Assembly: GCA_965205975.1 (NCBI GenBank)
Contig: OZ242195.1
Span: 2,080,001 to 2,144,000, forward strand
Length of the DNA stretch: 64,000 nucleotides
DNA from: Candidatus Latescibacterota bacterium
GTDB lineage: Bacteria > Latescibacterota > UBA2968
Direction: 5' to 3'
Position 1 is the stretch's first letter; each line of letters begins with the position of its first letter. The notes beneath the pieces are model-generated. The model was not told where the DNA came from. It saw only the letters and a program-made list of their open reading frames with translations, and did no database searches. This document shows positions 1 to 10,514 of this stretch, one piece after another. Made by a program: the position numbers and the translations under genes.

Positions 1-1659
1 AGCCTGCTCAATTCCATCTTCATTATAGCGAAAATCATCGGGTATTGATTCGTAGCGCGCCTGAACTCGCGTGAGCAACGCTTGCCTCTGGTTCCCAATT
101 TCTTCCACATCCTGTTCCTTGAACATCTCCAACTCGGCCGCCAGAAATTCCTTAAAGCCATGGATCGCATTTTGCTGACTGGTGATCTTTTCAAAGTGGT
201 AGCCCAGGGCAGCCAGACGGATCGCTTTCGGGAGCATGCGGGGATGATCCTTGGTCACTTTGGCGATGAACTTCATGTAGGTGGGAACTTGATTGGTGGA
301 AAGTCTCCCGCGCACCCCCATAAGGTCTGCATAAATCGCATTCTTACTCCTCGGTTTCAGCAAGTGTGGGACTGGCTTGAGGTGCTCAAACAACGTCAGG
401 CAGCGCTTGAAATAGTTCTCGAGCGTCGGGTCATAGAGCGTGGCTGTCACGCGTCGATACCCCTCAATCAATATCCTGGGATCCATTTCTGGCCTGAAGT
501 TGAGGGTCGTAGCGTTACCCCCGATAGAAACCTCCAAAAGCCGGTTCTCCGACTTTAGACGATTGTACATATCCGTACCCTTCAAAGCAGTCAACAAATA
601 GATTGGGGCCACGGGAATGCCCACCTCCTGGATAAAGTCGATCTGGGCATCAAATACATCCTCATCATCACCATCCAGACCCAGGATGAAACCTCCATCG
701 ACTCGCATCCCTTTCTGCTGGATTTTGCGAACGGCATTGAAGAGATAATTCTCTTCCCGCTTGCTGACATTCTGTGGTTTCTTAGTCTTGAGCAACGCCT
801 TGGGATTGGGGGTTTCAATGCCCAGAAACACAGTATCGAAACCCGCTTCGATCATAGCATCCATCAATTCACCCATACGCGCGAGATTCACACTCGCCTC
901 CGTGAGCAATGTAAAGGGATACCCACGTGCCCTTTGCCACTCGGCGAGCACCGGTAGCAGATTCATCGCATCTCGCTTGTTGCCAATAAAGTTGTCGTCA
1001 ACCAGGAAAACCTGACCTCGCCAACCCAGTCGATACAGCAATTCAAACTCGTTCACCATCTGATCCGGCGTCTTGGTGCGGGGCACGCGACCATAGAGCT
1101 TCGTGATGTCGCAGAATTCACAATCAAATGGACACCCACGCGAGAACTGTACGCCCATTGTGTGGTAATTCTTCATATCGATGAGGTCAAAGCGTGGGAG
1201 CGGCGTCTGGGTCACATCGGGTTTTCGCGGCTCCCGATAAATCGCTTTGGCTGTACCGTTCTCCAGGTCCCGCAGAAATTCGGGAAAGATCTCTTCAGCC
1301 TCATCCAGTACAAAATGATCTACGCCTTCCATCTCATCATGAAATGTGGTGGGATGAGGTCCACCAGCCACCACGGGAATGCCAGCCCGATTACATCGCT
1401 CGATAACGGCCTGCAGAGAGACTCGCTGAACGATCATGGTGGAGGTAAACACCATATCAGCCCACTCCAGGTCCGACTCCTCCAGGGAAGTCACATTCAT
1501 ATCCACGACGCGGAGGTTGTATTTCGGTGGAAACATCGCGGCGACAGTGAGCAGACCCAGAGGCGGAAAGGCAGCCTTTATTCCCACAATCTCCAGAGCA
1601 AAATTCGCCCCCCAGTAGGTCGGTGGGTGTTCGGGATAAACCAGAAGCGCATTAGGCAT
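1..1659 (-). CDS. B12-binding radical SAM protein (class B methyltransferase-like, HpnP/DUF4070 type), 3' end outside the window
   Basis: Not in the ORF track (no stop in window). ATG at 1659 after GGAGGA; reads MPNALLVYPEHPPTYWGANFALEIVGIKAAFPPLGLLTVAAM; CxxxCxxC motif QFSRGCPFDCEFCDI near 1105-1150; same frame still open at position 1. Confidence 0.9.
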   Translation of the reverse strand, partial: MPNALLVYPEHPPTYWGANFALEIVGIKAAFPPLGLLTVAAMFPPKYNLRVVDMNVTSLEESDLEWADMVFTSTMIVQRVSLQAVIERCNRAGIPVVAGGPHPTTFHDEMEGVDHFVLDEAEEIFPEFLRDLENGTAKAIYREPRKPDVTQTPLPRFDLIDMKNYHTMGVQFSRGCPFDCEFCDITKLYGRVPRTKTPDQMVNEFELLYRLGWRGQVFLVDDNFIGNKRDAMNLLPVLAEWQRARGYPFTLLTEASVNLARMGELMDAMIEAGFDTVFLGIETPNPKALLKTKKPQNVSKREENYLFNAVRKIQQKGMRVDGGFILGLDGDDEDVFDAQIDFIQEVGIPVAPIYLLTALKGTDMYNRLKSENRLLEVSIGGNATTLNFRPEMDPRILIEGYRRVTATLYDPTLENYFKRCLTLFEHLKPVPHLLKPRSKNAIYADLMGVRGRLSTNQVPTYMKFIAKVTKDHPRMLPKAIRLAALGYHFEKITSQQNAIHGFKEFLAAELEMFKEQDVEEIGNQRQALLTRVQARYESIPDDFRYNEDGIEQA

Positions 1660-1697
1660 GGCAACATCCTCCTCTATCCCTCTTTTCAGGGTTATCT

Positions 1698-4600
1698 TTA
1701 TGCAACACTATTTCCCTGCGGAAAATGGTCCTCAATCGCGTTTGCAAAAACCGACGGCGCACGGCGGACGCGTTGCTGAACAACGCGGATAGCATCCTCG
1801 AGGTCGTCCGTATCCTCCTCGACCAGGTCATCCTCAATATTTTCTTTTCCATGGATGATACCCTGTGCCAGCGACAGACATGAGGCAGTAGTCATCAGTT
1901 CAAGTGCACTCACCCGGTAGTTGAACTGAGACTGAATAAAAGTCCCCAGTTCGGCGACTGAGATCGAAGTAAGCCCAAAACTGGACAATGGTTCCTCCAC
2001 ACCGCCCTCGTCATGACCGCATAACTCGGCGACCTTGGCGGCGATTTGCGCCACGACATTATCAAGCGTCAGTTCGCCCACAGCATCTACAGCAAATGCA
2101 TCCTGATTGCTCATAAACCGCCCAATACGCATGTAATCCGGGAAATCTACCGTCCAGGGGGGGCGTTTGAACAAGACCGTGACCAGATGGTCCTGGTCAG
2201 CCATCGAACGCATTGCGTAATCAAGGTTGGCAATAGCGCAATCGCTGCTGATTGCAGGCATGCCAGCAGCCCTCATAATGCGCAACACATGGAGGCTGCG
2301 CGCGGCCATGCCAGCGTCGGCAACAGCGGCCATATTATAACACAAAGCGGGTAGCCCACGACGGCGACGGTTGGCTGCCAAACCATCCAAAAAAGCACTG
2401 GCAGCACCGTAGTTAATCTGTCCGGGGTTGCCCAATGTCGAAGCAGTAGAAGAAAATAACACAAAGTGATCGAGGTCACAACCTCTGGTGGCCCGATGGA
2501 GATAGAGAGCACCGTGAGCCTTAGGCGCGAATACTTCCGCCACAGATTGGGTGGTCATATCGACGAGCAGGCGATCATCCAATATACCCGCGAGATGAAA
2601 TACGCCTTTTAGCGGTCTCTTTAATTGAGCGATACAGCGTTGAACATCCTCCTCCACCGACACATCACCTGATAGGATATCAAACTCGACATCGTCACTC
2701 ATATAGGCCAGAGCACTCGACTGACGGATCCACTCGGCATCCCGACGGCGCTCGGGGTCGCGGTCCATCAGCGTGATATGGCGCGCACCTGAAGCCACCA
2801 GATAAGGCAACAATCGCAGTCCAAAGCCACCCAGGCCACCAGTCACCAGATAGGTCCCATTGGGATCGAGCAGTGGCCGCACATCGGCAACCGTGAATCC
2901 GGAATTGGCAGAAGCCTGCGGAGCCGTCAGCACCAGTTTTCCCTGATGCTGACCGGTCGTCATAAAGCGCAGAGCTTTGGTGTAGTCCTTGTAAGGAAAG
3001 AGAGTGACCGGCAACGACGGCAAGGCGCCTTGATCCAGCAATTCCAGACAAGCCTGAGAGATTTCGCGCGAAAGGAGCGGATCGTCGATCATCAGGCGAT
3101 CGACATCTATGGCCGCGAAGCGCAGATTCTTGCGGAAAACACGCAGGCCGAGTTCGTTGTCCTCGTATATATCGACCTTGCCGATCTCGCAGTGCCAGCC
3201 GCCCGGACGCAGGGCTTCCAGACATAATTCAATGTGGCGGCCAGATAGAGAATTCAACACGACATCGACACCCTCACCACTGGTCGCCTCCATCAAGTCA
3301 TCATACCAGTCATGGCTGTGAGAATCAAAGGCCGCTCGTGCGCCCAATACCAGCAATTGCTCGCGCTTGCTCTCATTGCCAGCAGTGGTGTAAATCTCTG
3401 CGCCCACATGTTTGGCCAGGGCAATAGCAGCCTGCCCCACGCCGCCCATGGCCGAGTGGATGAGAACGCGCTGGCCCTTCCGCAGACGAGCCAGATGAAT
3501 CAGAGAATAATACGCGGTGACATAGACAGACAAGGACGATGCAGCCTCTTCCATACTCAGGCAGTCGGGCTTGACAAAAACGAGATGCTCATTGACCACC
3601 ACGCGATTGGCAATACAACCACTCTGTATGAATGCCACTTCGTCGCCGACGCGACAATAGCGGACGGCTGAGCCAGCGCGGCGGACGATCCCGCTGCCCT
3701 CCATGCCGACTTCGCGTCCGAGAGCCGAGCGCTCGTAGGCCAACGCGGGCAGGAGCCCCAGCGTGACCATGACATCCCGGAAGTTGAGAGCTGCCGCCGT
3801 CACCTCGATTTCCACATCTCCTGGCCCCAGCGCAGAAGGCTCATAAGTCTTCATTTCCAGACCGGAAATCTGTCCCGGATTGTCCAGAGTTAGCCGATAC
3901 GCGGGCTCCGAATCAGAGGACACCCGCGAATACCGCTCCTGCATGCTGACCATTCGCGGTGCCCACAAGCGCCGCTGCCGCACTGCCAGTTCGCGCTCGC
4001 GCAAATCGCATCGAGAAAGCCAGGCCAACGTCTCCAGATCTTCGGGATCGCCCAGATCTACCAGACGGAAATCGATCATGGCCTCTTCGTCAACTTCGAT
4101 AGACATGCTCCGAACAGCACCCCACAGCGCACTCCCGCGCGGGTCTTCTACATTGAAAGCGGCCCTATGCGTAACCACGGTCAAGCGGCACGGATGATTC
4201 GCCTGCTCAATCCTTTGAGAAACCAGAGTCTGGACAAAATCGATGAATTGCGCCGACACTTTTTCGCCCGTCGGATCCTCCGGGTCCATCCCGCAAAAAA
4301 AGTCAATCGCCTGCACATCCGCGGCCTGTGGCCACTGCTCAAGCACACCATTGACAAGAGTCTCATGGGAAATCGAGTACACCTCGGGCGCATCAATCAA
4401 GGACTCCCAGTCCGCCGCCCAACTATCCGGCTCGCCCAACACCCACCGAGGTCCCGGAAGTTCCATGGTATCGGAGGCATCCCCGTAGGACGCCTGAAGC
4501 AGGGTCGTGCGCGTGCCTGCGCGAACCGTGGACCACCCGGCACACGGCTCAATGACATCGCCCTCGTCGTGACAGACCAGTGCCAGCCCCCCGGCTACTA

Positions 4601-7600
4601 CCAGCCCGTGCAGAAATTGCCACTCATCGAGTCCGAAAGTATCGCCATCCCCATGCAGGAAAATTATCTCTGCTGCGCCCGGACGCAGCAGACCGGCATC
4701 CAGTTCTGGCCGAGCATCCGGATCCATGCACTCGAAACGCAGCGCAGCATCGTGTTGCTGGAAGGCATCGTAGCAGGCACGGGTACTATCTTCATCATCG
4801 CTGACGATCCAGAACTCGGTCTGTGCGTCCGCATTCGAGAGATAGTCAATGCACTGATTGAGAATGGTCTGATCTGGCTCTCTACAACCCGCAAACTCGA
4901 CGACATGGCAAACGTAGCTTTCGCCGCGTTTTGGCTGTTCGAGAGCGGCAATCAACGCAGCGGGCCCGATCTCCCCAGCGGGCAATCTGTCAACAAGCGA
5001 TTGCCCTGTGGGTATGAACTTCGGCTGCCAGGAGACCCTGTGCTTACTGTGTGGCAAGTCGGCCCACTGAGGATTGGACGTGAAATATGTGTACTTACCG
5101 ATGTGGGCAATAAGGTCCCCAGTTGCGCTATCGTAGAAACTGATGCTGCCCCCAGATCTTTCGCCGCGTCGAACAGAAAACTGCCCCCTTTCATTCGCAT
5201 CCATCCAATCTTCATCGGGCTTAGTCACATGACAGGTGATTCTGGGTCCGGTCGGCGGACGAAGAAACGTGAGGTATTCGGCTCGCTGCGGTATGGCAAA
5301 AAGGTCGGCGGCAGTCAACAAATTATACAAAAATATCTGCAATCCTCCGTCGAACAAGGGCGGACATGAGACATAGCCCTCTCCTGTTCCTGTCTTCCAT
5401 AACTCCTCATCCATCTCTACTTCAACGAGAAAAGATTTCTCGGACTCCAGATCCAGGCGAACACGCTGAATGGTCCTGAAAAAAGGACCGTATTGGAAGG
5501 TCTCACTAAGGACGGCTTCAAGGCGTTCATAAAAATCCCTATCATCGGCGAGAAACGAGCGTTCAAAGCGGGTCGTGTCTATATCCGCCAACTGGACTGG
5601 CACATCCACCGCGTAGTCGCCGCTCACCCGACGCACTTTACCGCGACAATGCAACTCACTCTGCGCCTCAATATCGTACGGTCGGGAGGAGATGGTAAAG
5701 GTAAATTCGTCGGGAGCATTGGCAACTGGATGCAAAGCCGTTTGCAGACGTACCGGCGTCTTGGGAATGGGACAGGGCTGGAGAAATTCGAGAACTTCAA
5801 TATGAATCGGAACACCCCCAAACGCCTCCAGAATCAATTCAATATAACCGGCACCCGGCATGATCGCCGCATGATGGACGCGGTGGTCTGCCAGATAGGG
5901 AAAGTCCCGCTCCGACAGCCTCGCTTCGAAAAGTATGTAATCACAGGGAACTCTGCGCCCGACCAATGGGCCATGAGAGTACTCGCCTTGTCGAACAAAC
6001 ATCTCGTTGTCGCACATGATATCGATCATCGCCTGCTCTTCTCTCGGATGACCAGGCAGCAAGTGGACGATAGGCTCAGGCCGCGGATATTGTGTGGCAA
6101 AATCCAGATCTACGCCAACCCTGAAAAGCGCACCCAGAGCCTCATTGAAGCCGAGGCAAACATCGCTGTCTCTTATCAGAGTCGGAATGCAGACCGGCAC
6201 TGGCACACTGCTTTCCAGGCACTGCGCGATGGTGGTTTGCAGGGCTCCGTGCGGAGCGATTTCCAGTACGACATCGGGCCGATAATCCCGCATGATAGTC
6301 TCCATCGCCGCCGCAAACCGCACGGGCTGGCGGATATTCGACCACCAGTACGCACTGTCCAGCTGCTCCGTTTTCACACCCGTCACTGAAGAAATCAACG
6401 GCACTTCAGCGTCGAAAGTACAATCTTTCAGGAAGGACAGAGCCGACAGTGCGTCGTCTTTAATCGGATCCATAGCACTGGAATGGAAGGCGATATTGCC
6501 CGGAATCAGCCCATTCTGCAGGTTGCGCCGATCCAACTCTTCCCTGATGGGCTGTAAGGCAGTCTCCTTGCCGCAGATGACGGTACTGGCCGGTGCATTC
6601 TCACAGGCAATCTCCACCTGGGTCGGTCCTTCCTCGGGCCGAAAGGGAACGCGCAACGTCTTGAGCAATTCCTCCACGCCCGGTCGATCGAGACCGATCG
6701 CCAGCATGCGACCAGAACCGGCTGTGCGCTGTTGCAATGTGGCGCGATGGAAAACCAGATGCGTCGCCTCTGCCAGCGAAAGTGCTCCGCAGGCATAAGC
6801 GGCAGCCACCTCGCCGGAGCTATGCCCGACCACACAGTCTGGATATACCCCCCAGGTCTTGTACAATTCCACCAGCGCGCACTGAATCATAAAAATGACA
6901 GGCTGGGCAAGCTGGACCTCATTGAGTGCCTCTTGCTCAGCCGAGAAGCAAGCCTCGCGCAACGAAATATCCGAGTACTCTCGCCAGTGTTCCTCTACGG
7001 CATCAATAACGCGGCGGAAAACGGGATCGGCGTCGTAAAGCGCACGACCGCAACCTGCCCACTGCGTACCCTGTCCGGAAAACACCATCGCTATCCGTCG
7101 CTCTCCCTCATCGGTCGTGGTGACAGGAGTTGGATCTTCCTCAAAGCTCTTTAGTGCCTCAATCAATTCCTTTTGGGTGTGTACTGAAAATGAAGTACGC
7201 GTGACAAAATGGGTGCGACGGCGACTGAGATTTCCCGCCAGCGTATAGAGATCCATCTCCTGCTCATCGAGCGTTTTCCGTAGCTGTCGGGCACTCTGTT
7301 CTAACGCCCCAGACGTACGCGCCGACAGGGGGATCATAAAGCCAGCTTCGGGAGCCAGCGCCATCGACCAGGTCCGCGGCTGTGACGGACGGTATTCCCG
7401 CACCACACAGTGCCCATTCGCGCCTCCAAACCCGAACGAATTGATGCCGACCACCACGGGGTGTTCGGGAAAGGGTTCACAGGTCGTCTGCACCTGCATG
7501 GGACAGCTATCGAAATCGATCTCGGGATTTGGCACCAGGAAATTCTTTGAAATCGGCGCAAAGGTACGCCGCTGCATCATCAGGATGACCTTGAGCAGGG

Positions 7601-8708
7601 CGCAACTAAACGCCGCGGCTTCCATGTGCCCCACGTTGCTCTTGACGCTGGCGACTCGTAATGGCAACGCGCGACCATTACCACCGAACGCCTCTGCAAT
7701 GGCATTTCCTTCAATGCGATCACCCACCACAGTGCCAGTGGCATGGGCTTCGATATAGTCGAATTCCTGTGGCGCATGCCCCGCACGGGCGCACGCTGTA
7801 CGCATCAATTCAGCCTGTGCGTGACGGGTGGGTGCGGTAATGTAGCGCCCCTGCGCCAGACCATCGGTGCCGTCGGCTGCACCGGCCGCATTGACCGCGG
7901 TTGCCTCCACCACGGCGTAGATGGGGTCCCCATCTCTTTCGGCCGCCGCCAGAGGCTTGATCGCAAAAACGAACGCCCCTTCCGAACGCATATATCCATT
8001 GGCTTCTGCGTCGAAGGAGTGGCACTTGCCATCCGGGCTGATCACACCCAGCGCATTGAAGGAAGCACTCACCCTGGCTGTACCCAGGTAATTGACGGAT
8101 CCGACGAGAGCTTGTTCACAATCGCCGCACCGGAGTGCGTTCATCGCCGCGTGCAATGCGGTCAGACTGGCGGAGCAGGCCGTACAATAGGTGGTTGACT
8201 GTCCCATCAAATTGAAGTGATAGGAAATGCGATTGGCCAGCATAGCCAGACTGATGCTTGTAACGTCAAACTGACTGGCACCATGCACAGGACGCCAGTT
8301 GGCGACCGGCGGAATCTGTGCGCCGATGAAGACACCTGTGGGACTGTTGCGCAAAGAATGAAGATCCCATCCTGTCCACTCACAGGTCTCCCAGGTACAC
8401 GTCAACAACATCCTAACCTGCGGATCCGTTGCCATCATTTCGTTGTGAGACAATCCGAAGAGGCTGCGATCAAAGAACATCTCCCCATCCTCTCGAATCA
8501 GCCCTTCGTAGGGACTGGCAAAGCGCCCTGGCCCAGAAAATTCACCAATCGGTTGGTAGCCCTTACCGTACCGGTCGGTTACGGGTTCCTGAACAATCTC
8601 GCGTTCGCTAAGCAGCCGCCAAAAATCGTCATCGGTGCGGATTCCGCCCGGCATGCGATAACTGTACCCCACAATGGCAACTGCATCTTCGGACTTTGGT
8701 GAATTCAT
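1698..8708 (-). CDS. Monomodular highly reducing type I PKS/FAS (KS-AT-DH-linker-ER-KR-ACP), SwfA-like
   Basis: KS TACSAS/EAHATGT/GHMEAA; AT GHSSG and IAFHS; DH LADHRVHHAAIMP; ER LIHSAMGGVG; KR TGGLGGFG, LDD, GQINY; ACP FGLTSIS; no thioesterase; RBS GGAGGA. Confidence 0.93.
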   Translation of the reverse strand: MNSPKSEDAVAIVGYSYRMPGGIRTDDDFWRLLSEREIVQEPVTDRYGKGYQPIGEFSGPGRFASPYEGLIREDGEMFFDRSLFGLSHNEMMATDPQVRMLLTCTWETCEWTGWDLHSLRNSPTGVFIGAQIPPVANWRPVHGASQFDVTSISLAMLANRISYHFNLMGQSTTYCTACSASLTALHAAMNALRCGDCEQALVGSVNYLGTARVSASFNALGVISPDGKCHSFDAEANGYMRSEGAFVFAIKPLAAAERDGDPIYAVVEATAVNAAGAADGTDGLAQGRYITAPTRHAQAELMRTACARAGHAPQEFDYIEAHATGTVVGDRIEGNAIAEAFGGNGRALPLRVASVKSNVGHMEAAAFSCALLKVILMMQRRTFAPISKNFLVPNPEIDFDSCPMQVQTTCEPFPEHPVVVGINSFGFGGANGHCVVREYRPSQPRTWSMALAPEAGFMIPLSARTSGALEQSARQLRKTLDEQEMDLYTLAGNLSRRRTHFVTRTSFSVHTQKELIEALKSFEEDPTPVTTTDEGERRIAMVFSGQGTQWAGCGRALYDADPVFRRVIDAVEEHWREYSDISLREACFSAEQEALNEVQLAQPVIFMIQCALVELYKTWGVYPDCVVGHSSGEVAAAYACGALSLAEATHLVFHRATLQQRTAGSGRMLAIGLDRPGVEELLKTLRVPFRPEEGPTQVEIACENAPASTVICGKETALQPIREELDRRNLQNGLIPGNIAFHSSAMDPIKDDALSALSFLKDCTFDAEVPLISSVTGVKTEQLDSAYWWSNIRQPVRFAAAMETIMRDYRPDVVLEIAPHGALQTTIAQCLESSVPVPVCIPTLIRDSDVCLGFNEALGALFRVGVDLDFATQYPRPEPIVHLLPGHPREEQAMIDIMCDNEMFVRQGEYSHGPLVGRRVPCDYILFEARLSERDFPYLADHRVHHAAIMPGAGYIELILEAFGGVPIHIEVLEFLQPCPIPKTPVRLQTALHPVANAPDEFTFTISSRPYDIEAQSELHCRGKVRRVSGDYAVDVPVQLADIDTTRFERSFLADDRDFYERLEAVLSETFQYGPFFRTIQRVRLDLESEKSFLVEVEMDEELWKTGTGEGYVSCPPLFDGGLQIFLYNLLTAADLFAIPQRAEYLTFLRPPTGPRITCHVTKPDEDWMDANERGQFSVRRGERSGGSISFYDSATGDLIAHIGKYTYFTSNPQWADLPHSKHRVSWQPKFIPTGQSLVDRLPAGEIGPAALIAALEQPKRGESYVCHVVEFAGCREPDQTILNQCIDYLSNADAQTEFWIVSDDEDSTRACYDAFQQHDAALRFECMDPDARPELDAGLLRPGAAEIIFLHGDGDTFGLDEWQFLHGLVVAGGLALVCHDEGDVIEPCAGWSTVRAGTRTTLLQASYGDASDTMELPGPRWVLGEPDSWAADWESLIDAPEVYSISHETLVNGVLEQWPQAADVQAIDFFCGMDPEDPTGEKVSAQFIDFVQTLVSQRIEQANHPCRLTVVTHRAAFNVEDPRGSALWGAVRSMSIEVDEEAMIDFRLVDLGDPEDLETLAWLSRCDLRERELAVRQRRLWAPRMVSMQERYSRVSSDSEPAYRLTLDNPGQISGLEMKTYEPSALGPGDVEIEVTAAALNFRDVMVTLGLLPALAYERSALGREVGMEGSGIVRRAGSAVRYCRVGDEVAFIQSGCIANRVVVNEHLVFVKPDCLSMEEAASSLSVYVTAYYSLIHLARLRKGQRVLIHSAMGGVGQAAIALAKHVGAEIYTTAGNESKREQLLVLGARAAFDSHSHDWYDDLMEATSGEGVDVVLNSLSGRHIELCLEALRPGGWHCEIGKVDIYEDNELGLRVFRKNLRFAAIDVDRLMIDDPLLSREISQACLELLDQGALPSLPVTLFPYKDYTKALRFMTTGQHQGKLVLTAPQASANSGFTVADVRPLLDPNGTYLVTGGLGGFGLRLLPYLVASGARHITLMDRDPERRRDAEWIRQSSALAYMSDDVEFDILSGDVSVEEDVQRCIAQLKRPLKGVFHLAGILDDRLLVDMTTQSVAEVFAPKAHGALYLHRATRGCDLDHFVLFSSTASTLGNPGQINYGAASAFLDGLAANRRRRGLPALCYNMAAVADAGMAARSLHVLRIMRAAGMPAISSDCAIANLDYAMRSMADQDHLVTVLFKRPPWTVDFPDYMRIGRFMSNQDAFAVDAVGELTLDNVVAQIAAKVAELCGHDEGGVEEPLSSFGLTSISVAELGTFIQSQFNYRVSALELMTTASCLSLAQGIIHGKENIEDDLVEEDTDDLEDAIRVVQQRVRRAPSVFANAIEDHFPQGNSVA

Positions 8709-8952
8709 TTGAAGTCCTCCTCGACGATCTGAAATGCAAAAGCCTTCCTAAAATCTCTGACGGTCTTCACCTACCTTGCCCGTCGCTTTTTTGACCGCGC
8801 CCGGGGCGTACCCGAAATTTTAAAAAGGCTTTGCAGATTATAGCTATAAATCCGAAATCATTTCCCCAAACGCAGGCCATTACCCTTTCGGCAACTATCT
8901 TCAACGCTCTCTGGCGATTAAAAGCCGCCAACCAGGGTCTGAGTGGTCATTA

Positions 8953-9237
8953 TTACTTTTCATCAAGCACTTCATTGAGCTTATCTTCAGCGGCATTGAA
9001 CATCCTTACCAAAATCTCCCTGCGCCGCAGCTTCATTTCTTCAATCTGTTGCCACAATGATTCATTTATCTTCGCAATAGCTTCCTCGCGTATCTCGGCA
9101 GAGAGGGTGATGTCATTCTTGAATTCGTATTTCTCTATGGTGAACTCAGCCATGTCCTGTATGTTATCCCCTACGATATCGAAATCGATTGAATTTCTAA
9201 CCGACATTATTTTTTCTTTATCATTGCTATTACTCAT
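8953..9237 (-). CDS. Small acidic helical hypothetical protein
   Basis: 94-aa ORF with AAGGAG RBS, co-oriented with neighbours. Confidence 0.65.
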   Translation of the reverse strand: MSNSNDKEKIMSVRNSIDFDIVGDNIQDMAEFTIEKYEFKNDITLSAEIREEAIAKINESLWQQIEEMKLRRREILVRMFNAAEDKLNEVLDEK

Positions 9238-9298
9238 CTCTCTACTCCTTTGTGATATGGTTTATGCGCAGGATGGTCATCCCACACAAAGACATAGT

Positions 9299-9637
9299 TC
9301 ATTTGCCTGCGTTGATTGCCGCGGCTTGAGAATCATGAACCGCGATGATTTGATCAAAACCGCTGATCGCGATAATATCGCGGATCGGATCAGAGGGTGT
9401 ACAAATTCCAAATTCCTTGCCCGGTTCGTTAAATTTCTTGGCGATGACCAAACAGACCCGAAGCCCTGCACTGCTGATGAAGGATACCTGCTCAAAGTCC
9501 AGGACCAACGCCCGCTCTCCAGGATCAATCCCTGATTCCAGTTCACTCTGCAATTCACCAGCATTGTTACTGTCGATACGACCGCTGAGCACTGCAATCA
9601 AGACCCCATCTTCTCGCTCCCACTTAACATCTGCCAT
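9299..9637 (-). CDS. STAS-domain anti-sigma factor antagonist
   Basis: GRID and LDFEQVSFISSAGLR motifs; RBS AGGAGG. Confidence 0.9.
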   Translation of the reverse strand: MADVKWEREDGVLIAVLSGRIDSNNAGELQSELESGIDPGERALVLDFEQVSFISSAGLRVCLVIAKKFNEPGKEFGICTPSDPIRDIIAISGFDQIIAVHDSQAAAINAGK

Positions 9638-9772
9638 TCGAATCTACCTCCTTGTAACTGGGTTACGACAAAATTGCCACTTAAAATTGCCGACATATAC
9701 GATAGTCAATGATTAATAAAAAAACAACACCTTAAAATTTGTCCTGGTTTCCATTTTTTTATGTTTGGTAGA

Positions 9773-10114
9773 TCAACGGATCTTGAATGCGTCAATTGCC
9801 TCTTTCTGAGAGTCATAGACAGCGACCAACTGATCAAAACGCCCGAGCGCCATAACCTTGCGAATTGGATCAGATAGGGCGCAAACTCCAAATTGCTTGC
9901 CCGATGCCTTAAATTCCCTGGCAAAGATCAGAAAAATCCGAATCCCTGCACTGCTGATAAAGGATACCTGTTCACAGTCCAGAATCAACGCCTGCTCTCC
10001 CGGATCAATTCCAGATTCCAGGACACGCTGAAATTCAGAAGCAGTGATACTGTCAATAGGACCACTGGGCATTGCTATCAAGACGCCGTCTTTCCGCTCC
10101 CACTTAATATCCAC
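9773..10114 (-). CDS. STAS-domain anti-sigma factor antagonist (tandem paralog)
   Basis: LDCEQVSFISSAGIR; colinear with 9299-9637. Confidence 0.9.
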   Translation of the reverse strand: MDIKWERKDGVLIAMPSGPIDSITASEFQRVLESGIDPGEQALILDCEQVSFISSAGIRIFLIFAREFKASGKQFGVCALSDPIRKVMALGRFDQLVAVYDSQKEAIDAFKIR

Positions 10115-10205
10115 TTGAATTTACCTCTCTTAGTGAAGTTTTACCCTTTACAACAGTATAAAAATAATATGCGCGATTATTCGGCCCAAACCCTCGCTAT
10201 TCCAT

Positions 10206-10514
10206 TCAATAACGCCAGTCTTCATGAGCGAGCGGCGCGCGATTGAGCGCGTCTCTGTGCAAGCGCCACTGAGGCATAAACGTATCCATCAGATCCCGAA
10301 ACCGATCATTGTGACTCGGTTCAATCAAATGTACCATTTCGTGTACAAGAATGTACGCCAGACACACAGTCGGTTTTTTGGCGAGTTCCAGATTTATCCA
10401 GATGCGCCTATCTTCCACATTACAGGAGCCCCAGCGGGTCTTCATCCTTTTAATGCGAACCTCGGCGACCTTCACACCAATTTTTTCTTCCCATTTGGTG
10501 AGCAGTGGAGGCAA
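10206..10514 (-). pseudogene. C-terminal remnant of M48/YgjP-like zinc metallopeptidase
   Basis: MKTRWGSC and YILVHEMVH (HExxH); 5' part missing, joined directly to hsdR sequence. Confidence 0.85.

Noticed and set aside
82..1779. + strand ORFs 82-558, 761-1015, 1162-1779
   Set aside because: Antisense shadows of the radical SAM gene
4167..6389. Long + strand ORFs (400 and 298 aa)
   Set aside because: Antisense to the PKS, no recognisable motifs
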